DNA of 64,000 nucleotides, taken from NCBI RefSeq assembly GCF_037042905.1, contig NC_087252.1:27344001-27408000 (forward strand), in the 5' to 3' direction. Within the stretch, counting starts at the first letter, position 1; each line of letters opens with the position of its first letter. The stretch comes from Lytechinus pictus. Its lineage: Eukaryota. The position numbers were made by a program, and so were the translations under genes. The notes under the pieces were generated by a model. The model was given only the letters and a program-made list of their open reading frames with translations. It searched no databases and was not told the DNA's origin. This document shows positions 52,101 to 64,000 of the stretch, piece after piece.

Positions 52101-53450
52101 AAAAAAAGAAGGGGGAAAAAAAAACCAAAGGAGGTGCATGACATTATTCTGAAATCCGCCTTCCTGTTTCTTATCAATATCATATTTTAATGCCATGAAT
52201 AGATAAAGGAGAAGCGTGTAATATCCATTGCCCTCTGTATCCTTCTCTAGAAAAAAATCATATGCATTATGTAATCACTGAATTGGTAACCATGCACTTT
52301 TAGAGTGTGATCGGTTGGTGTCGGGGACGGACATTTGGAAAAGTTATCATTATTTCGGGCCTGGAGAAGAGAGGGTGATGGAATATAACGAATTGTTCTG
52401 TCATTTGTTGGGGATACTTTCGCTGAAGGTGCTGAGTTATCCAAACATTATGTATAGGCCTACTAGTCATTTTTTTAACTGTCCGTCCGTGACATTGGCT
52501 GATCACGCTCTTTATCTAAAATTTTGGCATTTTTTATCGTTCGATTACCTATAGACTCCTTACAATTATACCTTAATACTGAATGAAGATCAGATGTATT
52601 CATGTGGTATGAATTGCACCTTCATTGATCACCTTCTCAACTATTTTAATCGATGTAATCCAATTTGTTTGAACTGAGAAATGGATGAAGGTGTTATTAT
52701 TATCTCTATTATTGTTCATGATACCAACTATGTCAAACAATTTGTAATCTAATTGTATGAGAATCAACGAATAGTTGTAGTTAATTTCGTTGTTCATGCA
52801 TGATATGACATTTACACCAGTCGCGTGCTTATGTACAAACGCTGTTTGATTATAGGGGGCGTGGCTATCCATTATTGAACATGAAGATACACCCACCATG
52901 CCTACGTGTGTCTCAGATTCGCTTTATGATCGAAAACACGCATGCAACCTTGCCAGAGAAGGTGTGGCTATATACATGCATGAACAAACGTCCATCTATT
53001 CAACTAATATGTTCGCTATTATACGCATGGGTTAATTTCAATATGCCTTACCGATAACATTGCCATGTTAAATATGTTAATTTAGTGTATCTCCAGATAT
53101 CTTGTACATGCGTTGTCTGATCAGAGAAGGCGGGCTATTTCATGCATGATTAACGCACACCTATTTTTGCTTTTAATTCACTCAAACGCCCAACGGGTCA
53201 GGTATTTGAATACTGACTGATGTGGGCTTAACACCCGGCTGTAATACATTTAATTATTTCCAAATCAGCCCGATATCCATGTGTATTATTAACTAGCACA
53301 TGTTCAGCCCCGTGTCTGTTCAGAGAAGGCGTGGCAACTCCGACATGCATGACTATCACGAATATATGCTCGCCAAAGCAGGAGTAAAGTGATTATTCGA
53401 CAGGCCTACCCTGGGCATGAATCTGCTATTTAAAATTGATTGATACAATA
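49200..53450 (+). repeat. Three diverged tandem copies of a ~1.3-1.6 kb non-coding unit (starts ~49240, ~50853, ~52128)
   Basis: Recurring blocks such as TCTCAGATTCGCTTTATGATCGAAAA (~49800, 51430, 52915) and CCAAAGCAGGAGTAAAGT (~50255, 51901, 53373). Confidence 0.9.
52302..52511. mobile_element. MITE inserted only in the third tandem unit
   Basis: Imperfect ~32-bp TIRs AGAGTGTGATCGG..GGACGGACA / TGTCCGTCC..CTGATCACGCTCT; absent at the equivalent site of units 1 and 2. Confidence 0.7.
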
Positions 53451-53816
53451 TGATTTTTTTTTTTTTTCAATCAACTTTTGTATTAAATATCCCTCACATC
53501 ATCTTAAGGCATATTTCTGGGTATACTCTTAATTCATTTTCATGTGACCGCTTATATATACATATATTTTTGTGTGTAATGATTTCAAATCTTATATGTA
53601 CTTGGGTGGTTGAGCTCTGCTCTACTCTTCCAATGATATGTTTTTGCTGACCAAGATGGGTCTTGTTATTTTTGTACATGTACTTTACATTGATATTGAC
53701 TGCACATTTGCACCACAGACACGCATGAACACACATTCAATCACTAGCAAACGCACCTACACCACAAGCACCATTGCAGTTGACCCCTTACTTAGGTACT
53801 TTACATTTTATCAATT

Positions 53817-56786
53817 TTGATGGAGTCCCTCTCTTTTATTCTTGATAATTACATAGAAAATTCACATGACAGCAAATACTATACACCTCAAGAATTTAAT
53901 AACATGTCTGATAGTAATCCCGATCATATTTCCCTTTTACATGCAAATTTAAGAAGTCTCAATAGAAACTTCGAGTATTTTGAAAATCTCTTACACACAT
54001 TAAATAATTTCAAATTTTCTGTTATTGGTATTAGCGAGACATGGTTGCATGATAATTCCCCAGATTTGTTTAATTTACCAAATTATAAGTTGATAAGGGC
54101 AGACCGCAAAGGAAAAAGAGGCGGAGGCGTGGCCTTCTATATTATTGATAAACTGAAATTTAAGATCCGTTCCGATGTGAAACTTTTACATGCAGAGTCT
54201 TTGTTCATTGAAATTGAAAACACAGGATTTAAAAATATCATCATAGGTTTGATTTATAGACCACCAGGCTCTAATTTTGATTTGTTTTATGAGGAACTAG
54301 AGCAATATTTATATGCAATAGGAAATGAAAATAAACATACTTTTATTCTTAGTGATTTTAATATCAATTTCCTACCCTCAGTCGACAATAATCACTCAAT
54401 CAATTTTATGAAACTAATGTTCTCATTCGGCTTCCATTCATTCATCAATAAATCCACTAGAATCAACCCAAATTCATCTACTCAAATTGACAATATTTTT
54501 TCCAACGTACATAGCAACATGAATAACAAAATGATAGGAGGAATTTTATGCTCTGAAGTTTCAGACCACCTACCAATATTTTTAACTTGTGAATTGAAAT
54601 TACCGTGCCCCAAATCATTTAACCAACGCTCATATCGAAAAGAATCTAAACGTAATATTGAATTAATGAAGCAAGACTTATTACTTGAGGGGTGGGAGGA
54701 TGTATATAATGAAACTGACGCAAACACATCGTATAATCTCCTAAATAATAAATTACAACATTATTATGAAAAGAATATTCCCATAGGAAAGGTAAAAAAT
54801 AATCGAAAAACTCCCAAACAACCCTGGATAACAAAAGGTTTATTAAAATCGATACAGACACGTAATTGCCTTTACAAGTCACATTTACGCAATCCTACTG
54901 AAGCCAATTTAAAAAAATACAAAGTATATCGCAACAAGTTAACAAAATTAATTCGTTTATCACGTAAAATGTATTATACTAATAGAATAAAAGATGCCAG
55001 TTCAAATACTTATACTACCTGGAAAATCATCAAAGAAGTAATGGGAACAAATGCAGATCCCCCACCTACCGATAATATCACTTTAAATGGTTCGAAAGTT
55101 GACTCTTCCCTTCATGCAAACTCATTCAATTCATTTTTCACAAATATCGGACCCGAACTTGCAAGCAAGATCAATAGCCAAAATGCGCATTTCACGGATT
55201 ATCTCCCCGAACCTAATCCACATTCATTTTTCTTGAACCCTACGAACCCCACAGAAATTCTCAACATTACAAGGTCTCTTAATAGCTCAAAATCTCATGG
55301 GCATGATAAAATTAGTATGTCTCTTTTAAAAGAAATAATTCACCCGCTTGCAAACCCTCTTAGTCATGTTTTTAATAAATCTCTATCACAAGGTATATTT
55401 CCTGACTTATTCAAAATCGCCAAAATCAATCCAATTTTTAAAAAAGACAATCCTCATGAAATAAGCAATTATCGCCCTATATCTCTACTCCCTAGTATAT
55501 CCAAAATCCTTGAGAAAATAGTATATAATAGACTTTATGAATTTATCAACAATCACAATTTATTAATTTCTAATCAATATGGCTTCAGAGAAAATTATTC
55601 AACAAACTTGGCTTTAATTCAAATTTACGATAAAATAACAAACGCCATAGCTAACAAAGAGCATGTCATTGGTATATTTTGTGACCTCAGTAAGGCGTTC
55701 GATACACTTAATCATAATATTTTACTTTCAAAACTTAATTATTATGGTATACGAGGTCAATCACTCCTTTGGTTTAAAGATTATTTAATGAATCGAAAAC
55801 AATATGTCACATTTAATGGCAACGATTCTAGTTCACTTTCAGTTCAATGTGGTGTCCCTCAAGGCTCCATTCTAGGCCCGCTTTTATTTTTATTATATGT
55901 CAATGATATTATCAACACATCTTCCATTTTATCATTTGTATTATTTGCTGACGACACAAATATATTTTTTTCTCATAAAAATATAACTTCCCTAAACAAC
56001 ATATTAAATCTTGAATTGATTAAAGTTTCACATTGGTTTAAAGCAAACGAACTATCCTTGAACTCAAAAAAGACCCACTTCATCCATTTTAAACATTCTC
56101 ATATTACAGATACTCCAATTCACTTACAGATTGACGGTACACCATTAGAGCGGAAGACTCACTCTAGATTTTTAGGCGTCATCATAGATCAAGCTTTGTC
56201 TTGGAATGAACATCTGCACCATATCATTATATGTATCTCGAGAAATATTGGAATAATTTCCAAGTTGAAATTTATTTTACCTCATAAAACTTTACTTCTA
56301 TTGTATAATTCGTTAATACTCCCGTATATAACATATTGTAACGTTGTTTGGGCTAATTGTGGTTCCACAAAACTTACTTCTATTTCTAAATTACAAAAAA
56401 GAGCAATTCGCATTTGTACAGGATCGCATTATTTGGCTCACACCGATCCTTTATTTTTTAAACAAAAGACATTAAAAATTGCCGACTTATATACTATTCA
56501 AATAGCTATAATTATGTTTAAATATATTAACAATCTGCTCCCTTCGTCTTTTGATAACATGTTTAAATTTAATAGTTCTGTCCATACTTACCCAACACGC
56601 ATATCCGGAAACTTTCATCTCTCTAACCCCAGACTGTTAATTGCCTCTAAATCAATTCGACATCATGGTCCAGACATTTGGAATGATCTTCCAAACAATA
56701 TTAAAACTTGTTCAACCATATACTCATTAAAAGCCACTCTAAAGAAAACTATCATTCAATCTTATCAACCCCTCGCTCCAAATTAA
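53817..56786 (+). CDS. LINE ORF2: apurinic endonuclease + reverse transcriptase (L2/Crack/CR1 group), uninterrupted 989 aa; first ATG at 53820
   Basis: APE motifs NLRSL, ISETW, RGGGV, IYRPP, (S)DFN, SDHLPI. RT motifs NYRPISLL, QYGFR, DLSKAFD, GVPQGSILGP, FADD. The 3' UTR ends AATAAA plus (CAAA)n at ~57127-57163. Confidence 0.95.
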   Translation: MMESLSFILDNYIENSHDSKYYTPQEFNNMSDSNPDHISLLHANLRSLNRNFEYFENLLHTLNNFKFSVIGISETWLHDNSPDLFNLPNYKLIRADRKGKRGGGVAFYIIDKLKFKIRSDVKLLHAESLFIEIENTGFKNIIIGLIYRPPGSNFDLFYEELEQYLYAIGNENKHTFILSDFNINFLPSVDNNHSINFMKLMFSFGFHSFINKSTRINPNSSTQIDNIFSNVHSNMNNKMIGGILCSEVSDHLPIFLTCELKLPCPKSFNQRSYRKESKRNIELMKQDLLLEGWEDVYNETDANTSYNLLNNKLQHYYEKNIPIGKVKNNRKTPKQPWITKGLLKSIQTRNCLYKSHLRNPTEANLKKYKVYRNKLTKLIRLSRKMYYTNRIKDASSNTYTTWKIIKEVMGTNADPPPTDNITLNGSKVDSSLHANSFNSFFTNIGPELASKINSQNAHFTDYLPEPNPHSFFLNPTNPTEILNITRSLNSSKSHGHDKISMSLLKEIIHPLANPLSHVFNKSLSQGIFPDLFKIAKINPIFKKDNPHEISNYRPISLLPSISKILEKIVYNRLYEFINNHNLLISNQYGFRENYSTNLALIQIYDKITNAIANKEHVIGIFCDLSKAFDTLNHNILLSKLNYYGIRGQSLLWFKDYLMNRKQYVTFNGNDSSSLSVQCGVPQGSILGPLLFLLYVNDIINTSSILSFVLFADDTNIFFSHKNITSLNNILNLELIKVSHWFKANELSLNSKKTHFIHFKHSHITDTPIHLQIDGTPLERKTHSRFLGVIIDQALSWNEHLHHIIICISRNIGIISKLKFILPHKTLLLLYNSLILPYITYCNVVWANCGSTKLTSISKLQKRAIRICTGSHYLAHTDPLFFKQKTLKIADLYTIQIAIIMFKYINNLLPSSFDNMFKFNSSVHTYPTRISGNFHLSNPRLLIASKSIRHHGPDIWNDLPNNIKTCSTIYSLKATLKKTIIQSYQPLAPN

Positions 56787-58599
56787 AACATTTACTCAAA
56801 TATCAACATTCGCTATTTAACATTCTGATTTTACTCAACTGCTATACAGCACCTGCACCTGCAATGCACCCACTTGACCAGTAAATATCAATCTAAGTCA
56901 CGAATCTTTTTATGAGGCCGCCATCCATTCAAGCCTAACCGCTCACGATGGTGGTCTCCTGCGTTCATTTATTACATTATATATATATGTTTACATTTAT
57001 AAAAGATTAATTTATACTCACACTCTTATTTGTATTTATCATGTAATATGACTACATTGTTTATATTGTGAATTATTTCGTATATTGTAATTGTAAATAT
57101 TTTTGTATTGTGTTTTTGAACGCAGAAATAAATGCAAGCAAACAAACAAAGCAAACAAACAAATGTAGCTTAAAATTATCTTTTTTATCTTAAAAAAGCT
57201 AATACTTCGTATACTATTTATTTGTTATTTATTCACAGTGTTCTTATGTAGTAAACAAACAAACAAAATATGCCATACAAATTAAAACCAATTACGACAA
57301 TGCATAAAAACTACAAAATCAAAACAGATAATATTTAACACATACTTAATCGAATATTCCTTTGTTTAAAGAAAATCCTTTGTTTGAAGAAAAAAATTAT
57401 TGAATATCTATGATGTTCACAAAATTGTGTAAGTTTTAATGTATTTTAATGTGTTTTTTTATGCTATTGCACCTGTATTTTTATCAGATTGTGGAAAATA
57501 AATAAATCTAAATCTAAATATTAAGATAGGTTTTTATAATAGATTTCGATGTTCTTACCACACGTGGTAGCCATAACAGAGATAGCTAGGAGAGAAATAA
57601 TGCACGTCAACTTCATGATGACACTCTGATGCAAAGGATAGGCGTCAAGATTGATGATTTTCGATCTAGCCAATTTACTGCTTTGGTCCTCTGAATACAT
57701 ATTGTAACAAACACGGCATACAAATAGTCTGTCCCTCCCTATACCCCCTCCCTGTTTTTTTTTTCTCTCTCTCCCTCTTCTTCACCCCGCCCTCCCCCCC
57801 CCCCCTCTATTCTTTTCTCTTCCTCTTTCACTCGCTTCCTGTAATTTATGAAAGTACACTCACATCTGTCAAGATATTCACCCAAGTAATATTTCCTAAT
57901 TAACAATAGGCCTATGTCACAAACAAAGCGAATGCTCATACTGTACTCTGGGTTTATGATGTTTCGCTCTAACCATGACGAGACAAAACGTGCAAATCTT
58001 GGGAATGTTCGATTTGCGTAGACCCGACCGAAACGCTCGAAAGTACTCCGAGGGTTGAAAGAACTTGATTTATCTACAGCGTTTTTTATGTGAATTTTAT
58101 GACACGCGCTATACATGTATACGACTAAATTACTATATTTTATCATTATTATCATTTCGGTGATATAAAGCACGGCTTAAGCTTTAGAACAAAAGGACTA
58201 TACTCTTACAAAAGTGCAGCGGAAGGCGTGTTTTTCCTGTCATAATTTGATTCTTTGTGAAAAAAATAAAGTTTGGCAAAATTCTGCTGATGATATCTAG
58301 CGCCCTCTCTCGGTGAATTTTATTCTTTTTTGTATATCGCAAAGAAAAAAATATCAACGCCAGTTTAGTTCTGTTTTGTTCAGGGTCCAATACGTTATGA
58401 CAGAAACCCCTTTTCACAGAAATTCAACTCGGACATTAAACTTTGTATATGCAAATATGAGACTCCAGGGCCCGCAGCACAAGGCTTTTAACACCAATTG
58501 TCGTGGGTATTTTTTTTTACGATTGATTGCATTGACTACAATGTCATATGTGAAAAAACATGATTGTGTTACGGAACTCAGATAATAATATGATAGTAA

Positions 58600-58845
58600 T
58601 ATGGATCATTTATATAGCGCTAAACAATATCATTATCATAATTATTATTACCCCGGCTGTACTCGAGCCGTCATACAGGCGCTCAAGCATTCGAGGAATT
58701 ACCCCCATTTACCCCCATATCGGGTACCCATTCATCTGTGTACCTCGCCTGGGTTGAGTACAGCACAATGTGGGTAAGTTTCTTGCTGAAGAAAAGCACG
58801 CCATGGTAGAGAATCTAACCCACGTCCCTCAGATTAAAAGACGAG
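58600..58845 (-). mobile_element. Diverged copy of the same SINE
   Basis: ACCTCGCCTGGGTTGAGTACAGCACAATGTGG...TTTCTTGCTGAAG matches 22130-22200. Confidence 0.75.
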
Positions 58846-60675
58846 AGATAGTTTAGCGTACAAAATTTTATATTTGGCATTTGATCTGGCCCCCTTCAAC
58901 ATCACATCCCCCCCCCCCCCCTCTTAAGAAAAAATGTTAATACTAAAGGGGGACTCGGAACATCTATGGTGAGCGTCGGATTCTCTTTCAAATCTAGGCT
59001 TAACATATTTATATATAAAAAAAGAACGAAAATCGAATTTGACTCACTCATGACAAGAAAATATTGGGTCTGTAAATTTGAAAATTGCCGCAGTCGCGAG
59101 ATCTCAAATAATATTGGAATTACTTGGACTGATAGAGAGGGGAATATACCATGAAAACACAGAATCAAATTGTAAAATAAAAATGTCAGACTTGTACATT
59201 AGGTACTTAGTCATTTACCGTGTTTACAAGCTGCATCTGCGCGGCGGTCTCACATGCCTAAAATATTTCCCATAGCCTCGACATGTGTTAAAGTGGCACT
59301 TTTGAAAAAATCATAAAAAATAAGTATGAAATTCGAGGGTTGAATGTTTACTACCAGTTAATAGGATTTATGTCTGTCATTCCATAATTGACCAGAAAAG
59401 GGTACCTCGACCGGCTCATTTTTAAAAATATATCTGCATCTATGAAGACTACACCTGACAGGATCAAATTCATCACTTGAGAAAGTAAAATGGCCCTAAT
59501 TTTTCCGCCAGTAAAAAAATAGTTCCAAAGTGGTGATATATCTTCTAAATTTGGAAAAAGGAAGTTCAGTAGGTACCCTTCCTAGAATCAGTGTTGGATT
59601 GTTAATCATATTCATTCATTTTTTGTCAATCAGCAATATCAAATTCAAAAATTGAGATTGGGTTGGCTCCAATGAATGTCTTTTGCCTGCCACTTAAAAT
59701 TAGGCCCGTGAAACCCGGGTTGCGGCCGGTGCAGACCCGAGAGCTGGTGCAGACTCGGCTCGCGGAATATCCGGCAAAACCACAGATCAGTGGATTTAAT
59801 TTACATCATGAAACGCGTGCTAATTGCCGGTGAAGACTCGGCTTCATGTTTACACGGAGAAAAATTGCCGTGTCTGCACCGGCTCGCGGTTCTGATCCTG
59901 CTATTTTGGCGGAACAAAACTGCCGTGTCTGCACCGCGAGCCGGTTCAAGATAATCGCGTTTACACGCATAAAAAAGCGAGTCTGCACCGCTCTCGTGTG
60001 TGCACCGCGAGCCGATGCAGCGAGTAAATATGGTAATTATCTGTATGGTGGCCATTTATCTCTTTCATGCTCCATAACAATTTCAATACTACTGTGAAAA
60101 TAACCACTCAAAACACGCAGCACAAGCCGTTTACTCTATTGTAAAATTAACCATATTGTTTTATATTTTGTTTATATTCATTGTGATTTATACGTAATAG
60201 GAGATAATGACTTAAACAATTCATAAAAAAATAAGTTACTTTGGCTTTCGGTTTTGTGCCTATGATGGTCATTTCCTGAAACATAAAAGGATATTTATGT
60301 AATTTCTTCCTGGTTATTATTCGAGTATAAGTCAGAAAAGAAGGCTGTGATCATACTAAGGCCTAGAAGTGTTGCTGCTGTTGTCCGCACAAAAGTCCAA
60401 GTTTTTTTTTCAGACGTGATTCCGGATCTTACTCGGATGAAGGAAGGAAGTTGTTTGAGGTGGCGGGCCAGTTGAGACAGTGACTACTTTGAATTCTTTC
60501 TCGTTTTGCATATATTTATGTGATTCTGCTGATGCAGGTAAGGACATCAACGCATCTGTAGATTCTGTGTCGGGGTAGCTAGCTATCGAGTCGAGGGAAG
60601 CAGGAAAGAGCACTACCATAATAGATCTCTAAGCCATCAAGTTGCCTCCTCAATGTGATAACTTTCCGTTGACAG

Positions 60676-62500
60676 GTGTCATGGCGAGCACTATCATACC
60701 GACATACTCCGCGTACACGCCGCATGGAGACAACCCAACTCGGGCTCGTAAATTTCCAAAATATGCTACCAAACGGCCTTACGTAACCACGGCAGTAGAC
60801 CCAGTTTCCCGATTCGGTAAGTTTTGATGGCGACATGATTAGTTCAACAAATCCCAATTCCCAGCACCACCACAAATACCTGCGTAATTTTACAGAACAC
60901 TTACATGCCAATACCTGTACAAGAAAAATGAAAGGGATGAAAAGCTTCCGTGACAACTGCTGTCGCCCACCCCTCCCCCCCCCCCCCCCGTCCCCACCAC
61001 CCACGTGTCAAACATCACTCGTCATAATTCACCAAAAGACCACTCTGGAAGAATTTCAGTAACAAAAACGTTGTTAAAAAAATGATGGAATGATCTTGGT
61101 ATATTTTTCTATTGAAAATGTTTTAATCTATTATTTAAACAGATATTTAATTTTTTTACGGCTATAGATCTAGTGTTCCAGATTCTTTCCGGGACACTGG
61201 AACGTCGTCCGAAATACTTGATTCACCCATGCAGGGAGCCTTTCATTAACATTTATTTTCCGACAAGTTTTCAGATCTGACAGCTTACATTGACTTTGAT
61301 TGGCTATAAATCACTGTTACTAGATAGGACTTGTCGGATAAAACGCCCGATAAGTCCTTTCATGAAACGTTCCCAATGTCTACTTCTTTTCAATTTCATT
61401 TCATTGAGCATGTGGAGATTGAATAGTGTTTCGTTTCACTTTGAAGACCTTAATCGTATTTGGCATAAATATTCCAATATCTTTAATAAGCACTTCAGGT
61501 ATTACTTCCAAACTTGGTACATCATTTTTATGTAATTAAAATCCCTTATTTTATATTGTTTTTAAAGCCACGTCGAAAGTCCGTCCCACGACCTCAGCAC
61601 CCAGTATACTTTCAACATCATCTGTGACACCACCATCCCGTTTGACTACCAGTCGGCTAACACCAACACCAAAAATACATGTGCCGGTCAACACCTCAAA
61701 GAAACCGCCGTCCTCAACCTATCCTGTCATAACGATTCCGCCAACCTACCAAAGATCCACAGCAAGACCTACATCACATGATGGCGTACATGAAGTCAAT
61801 TCTGTAGCTATTGCACTTGGAATCATCCTGGTACTATCGTATGTTGTCTTCATCTTTGCATACCTCCGTCGTCGGAGACCTAACCGGTTGGGACGCAAGA
61901 GCAAGGACGCAGAGTTCAAAGAGTCAACGTTCTCTCCATCAGCATCACCACATCCTCCAAAGCTAAAGATCCTTGCAGAGACGAAGACCATCGGTGTGCC
62001 ACATGGCAAAGAGGCACATCTTCATCAAGAGCAGCAACCAAACAGACCCCATGTTGAAGAAGGTGGCTACACATCACTGCTGCCTGTGAATCAGCCAGTA
62101 GACGGCGATGGGGGAATCCTCAAGGTGGCCCTTGCTACTCATTGGTCTAATAGGATGGCCGGACAATTGGAGGATACGCCAGACAGTGACGGGTACGAGA
62201 TCGTCAAGACTGCCCGTCCTTCTCCTGTGCCCATCGGCAAGGTTCGTCAGACTGGTCAAAGGACGGGAGACGACGGGTACGAGAATACCAAGACCACCCG
62301 TCCCATCCCCGTGCCTAAACTCAAGGCTCGCCCGGTGAGGAAAGCAGTATACAATGACGGGTACGAAAACACCAAGAGGGCACGGCCCATGCCGATGCCT
62401 CAAGGAAAGGGTCGCCATATGTGGAAAGAGCAAGATGATGATGATTACGAGCTTGTCCAAACAGATAAGGTGAAGCCCAAGCCGAAGCCTATTTTTAGAT
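60676..62500 (+). CDS. Partial single-pass membrane protein: S/T/P-rich ectodomain, TM, tyrosine-motif cytoplasmic tail; exons 60676..60816 and 61568..62500
   Basis: Both exons are phase 1-1 with gtaag donors. TM is VAIALGIILVLSYVVFIFAYL followed by RRRR. Tail contains GGYTSL, DGYEIV, DGYENT twice and DDYELV. Start and last exon are not resolved. Confidence 0.75.
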
Positions 62501-64000
62501 GTAAGCATACTTATTTTTGAACTTGAAACTAGTTATTCATCTTGAATTTAAAGATATGTGTTCGAAACAATTTCGTAATTAACAATAATTCCTCATGACT
62601 TCTTGAGAATATTAGTTATGAACCCCCCCCCCCCCCCTGTAGTTAGAAGTCTCAAGCGCACGCTTCTGATTCTGATCGCAACGGGTTTCAGGTATGAATA
62701 GAAATAGGATGTTTTTAGATGTCCAGGTGTTTGAGGTAATTGTGATTCATGAAGGTGCATATTTTATAGCTGTCCCCTTTATAAGAGAAAATACAATGAC
62801 AATCAAATTACTTTAAAATTTACACGACATATTTAAAAGGGACAATTTTTATTTCATACAAAAGCATAAGTTATAAACTTTTATTTGTACAATACAATAG
62901 ACAGATTACCAGAAGAAATGCGGGAAAAGACTGGCAGTTAGAAATAGAAACTTGATTATGATAACTCGTTAGCAAAGCGTTTTTTTTTTCCTAATTCAAA
63001 CTGTATCTTCAGTCTGATAATTACCGCGATTCAAATGCATGTACATCAACCATCGATCCTTGGCGATATTATTATTCCACCAAATGCTACATGATCATTT
63101 TTTGCACCACGGAAAATAAATAATTATATAAAAAGAAAAAGGTGCTCTAGAGCAGTGAAATAAGGAAGATGAAATTAACATGAATTTTAGTTACCATTAG
63201 CCTGATTAGAACAATTCACACAAAAAGTTACATTATTGCGTAACAAATATATAGGCCCGTATTCTGAAGTCCGGTTTAACTTAGACCATAGTCTAAGCAT
63301 GGACCTATGAAAAGATGGACGATTAACGCGAGCATTTCTTTGATCCAATGATAGTCACCGTCACCTGGTTATGCGCATCTTAATGAGATCATACAGGTGC
63401 TGTTACAATAGCAATTACCAACATGACTACCAAGGGTATCTGATTACTCAAAGACGGAACAGTTTCCCCGGTCTTGATTTTTGTTGGCTGATACCCTGTT
63501 TCAGCATGTGCCTTTCAGTCAACATGCTTCATATATGGAGCAGCAAACTCAAGAAGCAGACGGTTTTTATGATATAAAATATATTATTCGATCCGCTAAC
63601 TACCGCTCACACATAACATTGAGAGATACACGATCTATAAATGTTATGTGCCACGTATATCTGGAATATTATGGAGAAACTTGAATTTTAAATGGTTAAC
63701 AATCAATCACAATATTGCCTCTATATCAAAATATGCAGACATTTCCCCAAATAAAACACATGGAACTAAGATTACCACAGGTAAACAAAAACTGCACATC
63801 GATTCTCCATTATTTCATTGATTTGTTATCAACTGCGCATATAATTTGTGAAATATAAATGTCCAATCACGTACTGCTTCAGTCCCTTCTCACGGTGACG
63901 ATCAAAGGACCAAAAAAGACAAGTATGAAGATAATGTTATTCAGATGACAATTACAGTCACCTGTTAGTGAATTCATTATCTAAGCGATGAATGTCCATC

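Noticed and set aside
63371..63684. Possible terminal exon of the membrane-protein gene
   Set aside because: An acceptor near 63396 would add only ~15 codons; I could not choose it over alternatives, and it shows no recognisable homology.

Overview
AT-rich, intron-containing, repeat-dense animal genomic DNA. The repeat and gene content suggests an echinoderm such as a sea urchin, but this is an inference. The main discovery is a cluster of three paralogous small secreted-peptide precursor genes at about 0.3-21.6 kb, which the ORF track shows only as fragments. Each has the layout signal peptide / acidic pro-segment / KR / acidic spacer / KR / ~41-43 aa peptide with four Cys (C-[VT]-[NH]-P-x4-5-C-x-C-D-x-R-F-x4-7-[KR]-Y-x2-C). 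All three share a phase-1 intron in the codon just before the first Cys. I do not recognise the family. Other genes: a two-exon divergent rhodopsin-like GPCR (minus strand); a fibrinogen-related-domain gene disrupted by an exonic hAT-type insertion with an 8-bp TSD and by a 1-bp frameshift; and the larger part of a mucin-stalk, single-pass membrane protein with repeated cytoplasmic tyrosine motifs. Mobile DNA includes a LINE ORF1, a triplicated ~1.3-1.6 kb spacer, an intact 989-aa APE-RT ORF, a 4.9-kb foldback element, and many MITEs, SINEs, LINE remnants and tandem repeats.
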